Source: a bacterium
GTDB lineage: Bacteria; Patescibacteriota; UBA1384; CAILIB01
DNA: 64,000 bases
Direction of reading: 5' to 3'
Assembly: GCA_037131105.1 (NCBI GenBank)
Contig: JBAXRQ010000001.1
Coordinates: 386,039 to 450,038, forward strand
The stretch's first letter is position 1; each line of letters opens with the position of its first letter. Below the pieces are notes generated by a model. The model was given only the letters and a program-made list of their open reading frames with translations, ran no database searches and had not been told where the DNA came from. This document shows positions 29,285 through 38,046 of this stretch, piece after piece. Both the position numbers and the translations under genes were made by a program.

Positions 29285-30043
29285 ATGATGCGGGTCATTC
29301 TACCCAGCATCACGACGGCCGGCTCAGCTAAGCATACCTGGAGGGAGTCCCTCAAGGAGCGCACCCGTCTGGAGATAGGGGAGATCGCCCTGTTCCTGAC
29401 CGGTCTTGAGGAGCCAGAGCGGGTAGAGCTGTATGGCCTGCTTGAGACAGAGGCATTATATTTCCCTTTGCAAATCCCTTTTGTACACGCCCGCTCAGAT
29501 ATGTCTGCCTCGGAGTATGACTATCTGATCCGTACCTTTGGTACTCGGCGCTTTAATCTACATCCCGTAAGGGAAGTCCCTTTGCAGAGCCCATTGCCTC
29601 CCCGTCTGCGCAAACTTATTTACATCGAGAATACCACCGGTCTGCGCGAGTCTGATCTGCGCGGCTTTGCCGGAGTCTGTCTTGATGTTTCCCATCTCGA
29701 AGATTACAAGATGTGCGGTGAAGTGGAGACCTTTGCTGACGTGGCCATCATTGCCAAGCAGCACGGTGTCGGTGTTTCCCATGTCAGTGCGGTCAGTCGT
29801 CAGCCGTACCAGTTCAAAGATGGTAGCCTGAGCTATGCGCCTCATCGAGCCTGCTCATTGCAGGAGCTAGATTATCTTAAAAAGTATCCGCGCCGCTTTT
29901 TTGGGGAGATTATGGCTATTGAGCTGAACAACAGCCTGTTCGAGCAGCTGCAAATCAAGGAATATATACAAAACAGTATCCTGAAGACACAGACCCGCGT
30001 CCGCGGTGTCCAGGTGCTTTCAATGCTACCGGAGCTAGGCTAA
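29285..30043 (+). CDS. Hypothetical protein, possible TIM-barrel (xylose-isomerase-like)
   Basis: NLHP, IYIEN, CLDVSH and AIELNN metal-ligand-like motifs; own TTGACA promoter and GGAGG SD. Confidence 0.6.
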   Translation: MMRVILPSITTAGSAKHTWRESLKERTRLEIGEIALFLTGLEEPERVELYGLLETEALYFPLQIPFVHARSDMSASEYDYLIRTFGTRRFNLHPVREVPLQSPLPPRLRKLIYIENTTGLRESDLRGFAGVCLDVSHLEDYKMCGEVETFADVAIIAKQHGVGVSHVSAVSRQPYQFKDGSLSYAPHRACSLQELDYLKKYPRRFFGEIMAIELNNSLFEQLQIKEYIQNSILKTQTRVRGVQVLSMLPELG

Positions 30044-30077
30044 GTACATGCAAGTTAAAGTGGAACGGCGGGCTGGG

Positions 30078-30423
30078 TTATCCCAGTCCGCTTATTGTAT
30101 TCCCGATACCTACCGCAAACCTGATGATGAAAAAGGTGGCGGTAATGACGATGACTCCGATCACTACGTAGGATCATGGCCCTGGCTTGTTTGGTGCGAC
30201 CAGCATCGCCGCCTGAGGTGATGTAATAGATGCCACCGAGTATGAGGTAGATGACTGCAAAGACCCCGCAGATAAGTAAGAATGGTCTGATGAGCTCATC
30301 CCCGACATGGGGAAGCACGGCTGCAATATCTGCCGGCAGGCTGAAGTGGTTTGAGCCGACTATGGGCAGCTGGTAGGGGAGCGGTGAGACTGAGGGGGAG
30401 GGTGAAATGATCATTAGGGTCAC
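30078..30423 (-). pseudogene. CPR-type (TrbC/VirB2-like) pilin, frameshifted near 30171
   Basis: GGIYYITSGGDAGRTKQARAMI continues in another frame as YVVIGVIVITATFFIIRFAVGIGNTISGLG*, the expected second TM. Confidence 0.75.
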
Positions 30424-30462
30424 TCTAGCAGCTGCTTCCGGTTATAGCTATGATCTGGACCC

Positions 30463-30492
30463 TTGACACAAATGTAAAGTATACTTTACAAT
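30463..30492 (+). promoter_or_regulatory. Clp ATPase promoter with a perfect 18-bp palindromic operator candidate
   Basis: TTGACA (30463)-18-TACAAT (30487); TGTAAAGTATACTTTACA at 30473-30490. Confidence 0.7.
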
Positions 30493-30530
30493 ACAAAACG
30501 AACATATAAAACGTAAAATAATCTTGTCAT

Positions 30531-32903
30531 ATGGCACTTATCTGCGATGTCTGTAAGGTTCGACCGGCTGATGCCCGCGTTGCCTTCCGCTCCGAGACCG
30601 GCATGCGGGTAGTCGATGTGTGCCGTCAGGATTATCATCTGCTGCAGGAGCAGTCTCCTTACGTGAATTTGCCTACTCTAGAAGAAATGGCAAAGGCTGA
30701 CCAAGGCCAGGATGTGCGCGAGCGCTTCTCTGAGGCCTCCCAGGAGGTGCTGGGTGAGGCTGCCAAACAGGCTGCCCAGGCTGGCAGCCGTCGTGTCACC
30801 GCTGAGCATCTGCTCATGGCGCTTACCACTGACGAACTAGCTGAGAACCTGTTGAAAGAACGAGGCATCAAGACCGAGGATGTCCGGGGATTTATCGAGG
30901 CGAACCTGGTGAAGGCGCAGGAGGTGAGCGGCCCTATCGACATGTCGGTGCCGGTGCAGAAGCTGCTCGGCCAGGCAGATGTCATCAGTCGGGAGATGGG
31001 CCAGGACTACGTGGGTCCCGAGCATATGCTCGTGGCCCTTCTGGGCGCCGAAGGCACGGCTGGTGACCTGCTGCGCCGTTACGGATTGAAGCCTGAGTCG
31101 CTGCGCCAGCAGATACTGAAGCGGGTAGATACCGACGTTGCCGAAAGTGCATCAGGTACTCCTACGCTTGACCAATACTCACGTGATCTTACCGCCCTGG
31201 CTGAAGAGGCCAAGCTGGATCCGGTGATCGGTCGGGCAACCGAGATTGAGACGGCAGTTGAGATACTCTCCCGTCGTACCAAGAACAATCCGGTGCTCAT
31301 TGGTGAGCCGGGTGTGGGTAAGACAGCCATCGTCGAGGGCATAGCCCAGAAGATAGTGGCCGACGAGGTGCCCGATACCCTGAAGGGCAAGCGCCTAGTG
31401 GAGCTGAATCTGAATTCGATGATTTCCGGCTCCCGCTACCGGGGTGATTTCGAGGAACGCATGAAAAAGGTGCTCGAGGAGATCGTCTCCCATAAGGACG
31501 AGCTGCTGGTCTTTGTCGACGAGCTGCATACGGTGGTGGGGACGGGAAGCGCCGAGGGCGGCTTGGACGCTGCAAACGTCCTGAAGCCGTCTCTGGCACG
31601 CGGAGACCTGCACCTGATCGGTGCTACAACCCTCAAAGAGTACAAGAAGCACATCGAGAAGGACTCTGCCTTGGAGCGTCGCTTTCAGCCGGTGCTGGTG
31701 GGTGAGCCAAGCCTAGCTGAGGCGACCGCCATCATCCAGGGGCTGAAGCCCCGTTACGAGGAGTTTCACAAGATCACTATCAGCAATGCGGCGGTGGAAG
31801 GCGCCGTCCAGCTGTCTGACAGGTATATCAATGACCGGTTCCTGCCCGACAAGGCCATCGATCTGATGGACCAGGCTGCTGCCCGGGTGCATATTGCTGG
31901 CAAGAAGAAGGAAGTGGTCTTCCAGGATATCGCCCAGATAGTTTCCAAGCTGACCGGCGTGCCAGTGACCGAGCTTGACGCCGAGGAGAGGGAGAGCTTA
32001 CTGAACCTGGAGGAGAAGCTGCACGGCCGGGTAATCGGGCAGGACCAGGCGGTAGATGCTGTGGCACGGGCAGTCCGAATCGCGAGGGCAGGCTTGGCTC
32101 GAAAGAACGCCCCTATCGCCAGCTTCCTGTTTCTGGGGCCCACCGGCGTCGGTAAGACCGAGCTGGCCAAGGCACTGGCTGCATCAGTCTTTGGATCGGA
32201 AGGAGCGATTACTCGCATCGACATGTCAGAGTATATGGAGCGCCACGCCGTGGCCCGGCTGATCGGCTCGCCTCCCGGCTATGTCGGTCACGAGGAGGGC
32301 GGTCAGCTTACCGAGTCCGTACGTCGCAAGCCCTACCAGGTCATCTTGTTGGATGAGATTGAGAAGGCTCATCCCGAGGTATTCAATATATTGCTGCAGC
32401 TGCTGGATGACGGCCGTCTGACCGACGGCCAGGGTAAGACGGTGGACTTCAGTAATGTAATAGTGATAGCCACCAGCAACATCGGCTCGGAGCTACATAA
32501 CCGTTCTGCCACTATCGGCTTTGAACGAGAGGAGCCGGAGGAGGCCAAGGCAAGTGACTCGCTGCGCCAGTATTTCCGTCCCGAACTAGTGAACCGTTTA
32601 GATGAGATTATCACATTCCATTCGCTGAATCAGGAGCAGATTAATCAGATAGTGGGGCTGCAGCTGGCTGGGCTTTCCGAGCGGCTGGTCGAGCAGGGGA
32701 TTACTCCTAGCTGGGACAAGAGCCTGGTAAGATATTTGGCGGAAGCCGGTTTCAATCCTGAATACGGTGCCCGTGAACTACGTCGCCTAATCAAACGCGA
32801 GGTGGAGCCAGTACTGGCTAATGTTCTGCTGGAAAGCAAGCCGAAGAAGGCCCGAAAACTTAAGGTGGCTTACAAACAGGGCAAGGTGACGGTAGGAAAG
32901 TAA
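30531..32903 (+). CDS. Clp/Hsp100 AAA+ ATPase (ClpA/C/G-like)
   Basis: N-terminal CxxC..C module, Clp-N repeats, GEPGVGKT and GPTGVGKT Walker A motifs, IGF loop. Confidence 0.95.
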   Translation: MALICDVCKVRPADARVAFRSETGMRVVDVCRQDYHLLQEQSPYVNLPTLEEMAKADQGQDVRERFSEASQEVLGEAAKQAAQAGSRRVTAEHLLMALTTDELAENLLKERGIKTEDVRGFIEANLVKAQEVSGPIDMSVPVQKLLGQADVISREMGQDYVGPEHMLVALLGAEGTAGDLLRRYGLKPESLRQQILKRVDTDVAESASGTPTLDQYSRDLTALAEEAKLDPVIGRATEIETAVEILSRRTKNNPVLIGEPGVGKTAIVEGIAQKIVADEVPDTLKGKRLVELNLNSMISGSRYRGDFEERMKKVLEEIVSHKDELLVFVDELHTVVGTGSAEGGLDAANVLKPSLARGDLHLIGATTLKEYKKHIEKDSALERRFQPVLVGEPSLAEATAIIQGLKPRYEEFHKITISNAAVEGAVQLSDRYINDRFLPDKAIDLMDQAAARVHIAGKKKEVVFQDIAQIVSKLTGVPVTELDAEERESLLNLEEKLHGRVIGQDQAVDAVARAVRIARAGLARKNAPIASFLFLGPTGVGKTELAKALAASVFGSEGAITRIDMSEYMERHAVARLIGSPPGYVGHEEGGQLTESVRRKPYQVILLDEIEKAHPEVFNILLQLLDDGRLTDGQGKTVDFSNVIVIATSNIGSELHNRSATIGFEREEPEEAKASDSLRQYFRPELVNRLDEIITFHSLNQEQINQIVGLQLAGLSERLVEQGITPSWDKSLVRYLAEAGFNPEYGARELRRLIKREVEPVLANVLLESKPKKARKLKVAYKQGKVTVGK

Positions 32904-32920
32904 ACTAGTATAGTGGCGGT

Positions 32921-33256
32921 ATGACCCCCGAAACCATACTTTCCACTACCCTCGGACATATCTCTGGCCTCAAGTCCCGCTCCATGTTTGGAGGCTACGG
33001 ACTGTATAAGGATGGGATTATCGTAGGCATGATAGTCGACGGGATACTCTACTTCAAAGTAGGTGACACGAACCGGACGGATTACGAAGAGCTGGGTGCC
33101 AAGCCGTTTACCTATATGCACAAGGACAAGGGGCCGGTTGCCATGTCTTACTGGGAGGTGCCGGGAAGCGTCCAGGCCGATCCCAAGCTTGTAGAAGTCT
33201 GGCTGGAGAAGTCGTTTGCCATAAGTCTGGCTAAGAAAAAGCTGGTTGCAAAATAG
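32921..33256 (+). CDS. TfoX/Sxy N-terminal domain protein
   Basis: SMFGGYGLY, LYFKV, MSYWEVP. Confidence 0.88.
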   Translation: MTPETILSTTLGHISGLKSRSMFGGYGLYKDGIIVGMIVDGILYFKVGDTNRTDYEELGAKPFTYMHKDKGPVAMSYWEVPGSVQADPKLVEVWLEKSFAISLAKKKLVAK

Positions 33257-33332
33257 GGTCTGATCTGGTATCTTGCCCTAAAACCCTGCACTGCAAAGAT
33301 ACATGTCTTTACGGGCAAGGGAGGAGGCTAAT

Positions 33333-33647
33333 ATGGATAGCACAAAAATAGGGCCACTTGCCCGGGAGTTGGCGTTAATACTCCAGGGTGCAGGAACCAG
33401 TAAGGAGAGAATAAGGCTTCGAAATGAAGCGCTTTCACTCCACTTTCACGCCAGAGTGACCAATTGGGATGACGACAACATCAGCTATGCTGAACCCCCG
33501 GACGGCGTAGAAAACGACAACCTTGCAGCTCACAAGTGGTTTTCAGGAATCTACGGAGCCGCCATTCAAGCAGTCGGCTCCCTTGAGGCTGAGACTGAAG
33601 CTATTGAGGCATATCTTACTCGGCCACCCCAATTGTCCGCGGCTTAG
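33333..33647 (+). CDS. Hypothetical protein (ORFan)
   Basis: GGAGGAGG SD before MDSTK; long hairpin at 33668-33711. Confidence 0.6.
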   Translation: MDSTKIGPLARELALILQGAGTSKERIRLRNEALSLHFHARVTNWDDDNISYAEPPDGVENDNLAAHKWFSGIYGAAIQAVGSLEAETEAIEAYLTRPPQLSAA

Positions 33648-33776
33648 ATGCCGCCTATTTCCGACTGATCGCCACCCTCACTTCAACAATCGAAGTAGGG
33701 GTGGCGATTTTGCAATGAGTTGAGCTCGTCTTCCGACTCTGATAGTCTGGAGAGGTCATATCAGCTAGCCATTTCT

Positions 33777-34703
33777 ATGCTCAAGGTATTTGGTCACCTC
33801 AACCCAGACACTGACTCCACCTGCTCTGCCATTGCCTATGCCTGGTTTCTAAATGAACAGGCTATGGAGGCCACTCCTTACCTATTGGGTGCTCCCGGCA
33901 AGGAGGCCCTATTCGTGCTGGATCGTTTCAAGCAGTCCCAGCCGGAGATTCTGTCCTCGGTAGGCGAGGGGGATGAGATAGTCATCGTCGATACCAATAA
34001 CCCTGAGGAGTTGCTGGATCTCAGTAAGGCTACCCTGCGAGGGCTGGTGGATCACCACAAGCTGGTCGGAGGCCTTTCTACCTCTGAGCCTGTCGAGATC
34101 ACTATGCGCACCGTCGGCTGTACCGCTACGGTCATCTGGATGCTGATGCAGGAGAAGGGTGTTGAGAAGATCCCGGCTGAGATCGCCGGCCTGATGCTTT
34201 CAGCTATTCTTTCTGACTCCCTGAAGTTCACCAGCCCTACCACTACCGAGACTGACAAAAAGGCCGCCGAGTGGCTGACCGCACAGGCAGGTGTGGATGT
34301 GGACGAGCTGGCCGCCGGCATGTTTGACGCCAAGTCAGATCTCTCGGGTATGTCACCTAAGGACCTGCTGCTTTCGGATAGCAAGGTATTTGATATGGCA
34401 GGCAAGAAGGTGCGCATTTCCAGTCTGGAGACTACCAAGCCCGCCAATGCCCTGGCGATGCGCACGGAACTGGTCGAAGCTATGCAGGCGTTGAAGACCG
34501 AGCAGGGACTGGACGGCGCCTTCTTCTTTATCGTTGATATATTGAGCAGCTCAGCTGAACTGCTGCTGCCTTCCGAGTTTGAGATCTCCGTTGCCGAAAA
34601 GGGCTTTGATAAGACGGCCACCGAGGGACTGATTGAGCTGCCTGGCGTGGTGTCCCGTAAGAAGCAGATGGTTCCTGCTATTGAGAAGGGCCTGGCCTCA
34701 TAA
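33777..34703 (+). CDS. ppaC: Mn-dependent inorganic pyrophosphatase (family II)
   Basis: GHLNPDTD, DHH, SRKKQ. Confidence 0.95.
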   Translation: MLKVFGHLNPDTDSTCSAIAYAWFLNEQAMEATPYLLGAPGKEALFVLDRFKQSQPEILSSVGEGDEIVIVDTNNPEELLDLSKATLRGLVDHHKLVGGLSTSEPVEITMRTVGCTATVIWMLMQEKGVEKIPAEIAGLMLSAILSDSLKFTSPTTTETDKKAAEWLTAQAGVDVDELAAGMFDAKSDLSGMSPKDLLLSDSKVFDMAGKKVRISSLETTKPANALAMRTELVEAMQALKTEQGLDGAFFFIVDILSSSAELLLPSEFEISVAEKGFDKTATEGLIELPGVVSRKKQMVPAIEKGLAS

Positions 34704-34783
34704 AACGCCAAAGATGGTGTCACGAGAATAATCAAGAATCCTCCCCGCCAGTACGTGGCTAAGAGAGGATTCAGTGATGCGAC

Positions 34784-34972
34784 TTATACGAGCTTGATCT
34801 TACCCTTCTGGCTAGCCCAATGGGCCAGGGGGTAGGCAAGGATGATGAAGCCAGTCCCGACCAGGAAGAAGACTGTATAGGGGTCGACTCCGCTTGTGTA
34901 GTAACTGACCCCGGCTCCACTTGCGAAGCCGACCAATCCCTGGGGAAAACCCTTCTTATTTACTGTTACCAT
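34784..34972 (-). CDS. Small two-TM hypothetical protein
   Basis: AAGGAG SD; TTGACA-17-TAGAAT promoter near 35050-35022. Confidence 0.6.
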   Translation of the reverse strand: MVTVNKKGFPQGLVGFASGAGVSYYTSGVDPYTVFFLVGTGFIILAYPLAHWASQKGKIKLV

Positions 34973-35053
34973 TTAATCTTTCTCCTTGCCACTGCGTATC
35001 TCGCTTATCGTGGCGGGGAAGATTCTATCATGAAACGGGCAAATTGTCAAGGG

Positions 35054-35512
35054 CTAGAGCTGGGTCATCTCAATAATCCGCTTGAAGTGAGCCTTGGATA
35101 CCGGCTGAACCGAGAACCTGCTTCCCTGTTTGATAAGCATCATTCCCTCCAGCTGAGGATCGGCCTTGGCAGCCTTCAGCGTGACGGGATTTTTAAACTT
35201 CTCCACAAAGGCCAGATCAACCAAGGCCCAGATGGGATTCTCAGGAGTGGCCTTGGGATCGTAGTGGTGGTCAGCGGCGTCCAGGGCACTGGCGTCAGGA
35301 TATGACTCGCTGGCCACTTCGGCAACCCCGACCACTGCCATTGGGTTGGTACTGGAATGATAAAAGAGCACCTGGTCGCCGACCTTCATCTGGTCGCGCA
35401 TGTAGTTTCTGGCCTGGTAATTGCGCACACCGTCCCAAGCCGTCTTCTTATCTCGGGCCAGGTCGTCGATGGAGTAGGAGTTCGGTTCGGACTTTACCAG
35501 CCAGTAGCTCAT
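35054..35512 (-). CDS. EVE domain protein
   Basis: YWLVKSEP, WDGVRNYQARN, FYHS, RFSVQPV. Confidence 0.93.
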   Translation of the reverse strand: MSYWLVKSEPNSYSIDDLARDKKTAWDGVRNYQARNYMRDQMKVGDQVLFYHSSTNPMAVVGVAEVASESYPDASALDAADHHYDPKATPENPIWALVDLAFVEKFKNPVTLKAAKADPQLEGMMLIKQGSRFSVQPVSKAHFKRIIEMTQL

Positions 35513-35750
35513 GATGGTGCAGTTAGGACTTTAGGTTTGCGCTGACTGAAGATTACCCAGGCTGTAGCGACTTCACCCGTTCCGGTTAATGGTAGCAGAT
35601 TGATCTTCAGGGAGCCAAGAAAACGCCGACAAGGCCGTAGTGGGTTAGCCAGGAAATGAGGAGAGCATCCAGATCGTTGGCAGTACGGAAGTATGGACGC
35701 ATACTAAGGCATCACTGGCTTCTCGTCTCCTGCGCCTATACACTATACCT

Positions 35751-36506
35751 ATGCACATAGATCTTACCCCGCTGACCTTTGTCCTTTTCTTGCTAGGTCT
35801 TTTGACTGGCATGTACTCGGCGGTAGTTGGAGGAGGTGCCATCCTGTTGGTGCCGGTATTTTCTCTGATGGGGACACCTCTGGCAGTCGCCATCGCTACC
35901 ATGCGTCTGGGGGCGGTCTTCCAGCAGCTGGTGGCTACGGCTGCCTTCTGGAAAGAGGGTAAGATAGCCTGGAAGCCGGCTGCCTGGATTACGGCGATCT
36001 GTGTACCGGGAGCCTATCTGGGTGCGCGGCTAGCGGTGCATCTGGATCCCCACATGCTTTCCTATGTGGTGGCTGTCCTGATGTTCATACTTCTGGGTGT
36101 GGTGCTCTGCTTTGACCGGGGTCGTCTTAGAAAGCGTCCTGCTATCCGGTATGCTTGGCCCATCCTGATAGTCTTTGCCTTGGTATTGGGGTTCTACGGC
36201 GGCTTCTATGGAGCTGGATTCAGTACCCTCCTGATGCTCGCGTTCATATATATTGGCGGCTTTGGCATCCTGGAGAGCTCCGCTAACGCCAGTCTAGCGG
36301 CCTTTGTCATGTCTGCAGTGGCTTCCGTAGTCTTTGTGGGAGCGGGTGACGTGGACTGGCAGTTGTTTCTGCCGGTGACGGCTGGTGGTGTCATTGGGGC
36401 CTGGCTGGGAGTTGAGTCAGCGGTGAAATTCGGGGGCAAGTGGGTGCACGCCCTGTTGCTTATCGTCTTGGCAGGCTCGATAGTCCGTCTGATTTTGTTC
36501 CCCTGA
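35751..36506 (+). CDS. TauE/SafE (TSUP) family membrane transporter
   Basis: GGGA..VP and GFYGGFYGAG repeats, multi-TM. Confidence 0.88.
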   Translation: MHIDLTPLTFVLFLLGLLTGMYSAVVGGGAILLVPVFSLMGTPLAVAIATMRLGAVFQQLVATAAFWKEGKIAWKPAAWITAICVPGAYLGARLAVHLDPHMLSYVVAVLMFILLGVVLCFDRGRLRKRPAIRYAWPILIVFALVLGFYGGFYGAGFSTLLMLAFIYIGGFGILESSANASLAAFVMSAVASVVFVGAGDVDWQLFLPVTAGGVIGAWLGVESAVKFGGKWVHALLLIVLAGSIVRLILFP

Positions 36507-37434
36507 CGAGGTATGCGTAGAATACGATGCCGGTGACACCTGCAATGACAGGAACCATAACGAGCGGTAGGGACACCGTCCCGGTCAGGTAGGCTGCGGT
36601 CAGGTAGGCGCCGGTAGCCATATTGAGCGCCAGAAAGACCTTCCAGCCGGCGTTGGCGGTAGGGGAGGTCTCATCGGTGATTCCGTGGAACCGCACGGTA
36701 TTTGCCAGATAAAGGAGACATAGAAGCGCTGCGCCATAGCCCAGAGTCACTGGATAGGCGAGCGCGATCAGGAGGGCAGCTATCAGATAAAGAGTTGTGC
36801 TGAACCATACGGTAGCCTTGGCCCCAATCACCGTACCGATCGAGCCGATATCGGCCTCGCGGTCGAAAGGGATGTCCTGTACTGAGCCGAAGGCGTGACT
36901 GGCCAGCCCCCAGAGAAAGTAGGCGGCCAGGGCGGCGCCATATGTCGAGAGGCTTTGCCCGGAGACCAGGACACCGTAGGCCAAGGGAGTCCAGAAATGC
37001 AGACTGGAGTTGGTGGAGTCGAGGAAGGGAATGACCTTGAAGCGAAGCGGCGGCACGCTGTAGCTTACTACGGCGAAGGCGGAGGCAAGCAGCATGAGAC
37101 GGGCCGGCCAGCCGCCTTGACTGAGTAGGATGAAGAGAAATGGCAGGCAGCAGATCAGAACCGCTATCCAGAGAGGCCGAAAGGCAGCCTTGTCCAGCCG
37201 GGCGCCTTCCACAGAGGCCTTGCGGGGATTCTTTTGGTCCGACTCATAGTCGAAGATGTCGTTAAGCCCGTACATGGCCAGGTTGTAAGGGAAGAGAAAG
37301 AAGAGGACCCCTACCCAGAACACCCAGGTGAGTGGTAATCCTGCAACCAGCCAGGCCGCCGCAAAGGGAAAGGCGGTGTTTACCCAGGAAAAGGGTCTTG
37401 AAGCCAGGAAGGGACCTTTAAGCAGCGCGTTCAT
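36460..37434 (-). CDS. crtEb: UbiA-family prenyltransferase, lycopene elongase (CrtEb/LyeJ-like)
   Basis: SRPFSWVNTAFPF, YGLNDIFDYESD..NPRK, YSVPPLRFK, HAFGSVQDI. Confidence 0.85.
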   Translation of the reverse strand: MNALLKGPFLASRPFSWVNTAFPFAAAWLVAGLPLTWVFWVGVLFFLFPYNLAMYGLNDIFDYESDQKNPRKASVEGARLDKAAFRPLWIAVLICCLPFLFILLSQGGWPARLMLLASAFAVVSYSVPPLRFKVIPFLDSTNSSLHFWTPLAYGVLVSGQSLSTYGAALAAYFLWGLASHAFGSVQDIPFDREADIGSIGTVIGAKATVWFSTTLYLIAALLIALAYPVTLGYGAALLCLLYLANTVRFHGITDETSPTANAGWKVFLALNMATGAYLTAAYLTGTVSLPLVMVPVIAGVTGIVFYAYLVRGTKSDGLSSLPRR

Positions 37435-37720
37435 AGAACCTGATTATGGATCTAGTAAGGATGACTGCCACAAAGACGTAGGCGAAGTCCTCTATCGGTA
37501 TGGTGCCAAGATGAAGGCCGCTGATGCGGGAGGCGTCATAGCGGACGATGGGCAGGGCAGTAAGTAGCATGTCGGCCACTAGGGTCATTACTACCAGGGG
37601 AAGCAAGGTGCGCCAGGTCCTGGGCTCGCGGATCACTCCCGTTCTCAGGATTACCAGGTCAACTACGGCTGCAAGGAGCAGTATGCCGAGGGCAAAGAGA
37701 GGGTAAGTGAGGTGGCTCAT
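37418..37720 (-). CDS. Lycopene/C50 carotenoid cyclase small subunit
   Basis: Three TMs with IPIEDFAY motif. Confidence 0.85.
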   Translation of the reverse strand: MSHLTYPLFALGILLLAAVVDLVILRTGVIREPRTWRTLLPLVVMTLVADMLLTALPIVRYDASRISGLHLGTIPIEDFAYVFVAVILTRSIIRFYERAA

Positions 37721-38016
37721 CGGCGGTAGCCTGACAGGATGGCGAGATAGGATATCAACGTAAGAAGGAAGAGCTCCTCAAGGGGAAGATCGGGAGGCAG
37801 GAGGTAGAGGCCGCTCAGGTAGGCGGGATTGGCGCTGAATATTCCGAGCCAGATTCCTACTAGATCTCCGATGAGCAGGGTGGCAACGCAGCCCGCTAGT
37901 GCTATCTGTACGGATCGCTTAGCAATAAGCCGACGGGAACGCAGGTCAAGAAGGGTCAGGCCGCCTAAGGAAATGACCAGGACGAGCAGGTATCCGAAAT
38001 GCTGAAGCTGGTTCAT
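37717..38016 (-). CDS. Lycopene/C50 carotenoid cyclase small subunit
   Basis: Start reassigned to MNQLQH; DLVGI..GIF and LPLEELF motifs. Confidence 0.85.
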   Translation of the reverse strand: MNQLQHFGYLLVLVISLGGLTLLDLRSRRLIAKRSVQIALAGCVATLLIGDLVGIWLGIFSANPAYLSGLYLLPPDLPLEELFLLTLISYLAILSGYRR

Positions 38017-38046
38017 GAAGCGTTTTATTGCTAAGCTAAGGATAAC

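Noticed and set aside
35509-35702. Possible frameshifted small gene upstream of EVE on the minus strand
   Set aside because: Two short frames could be joined, but no recognisable protein supports it.
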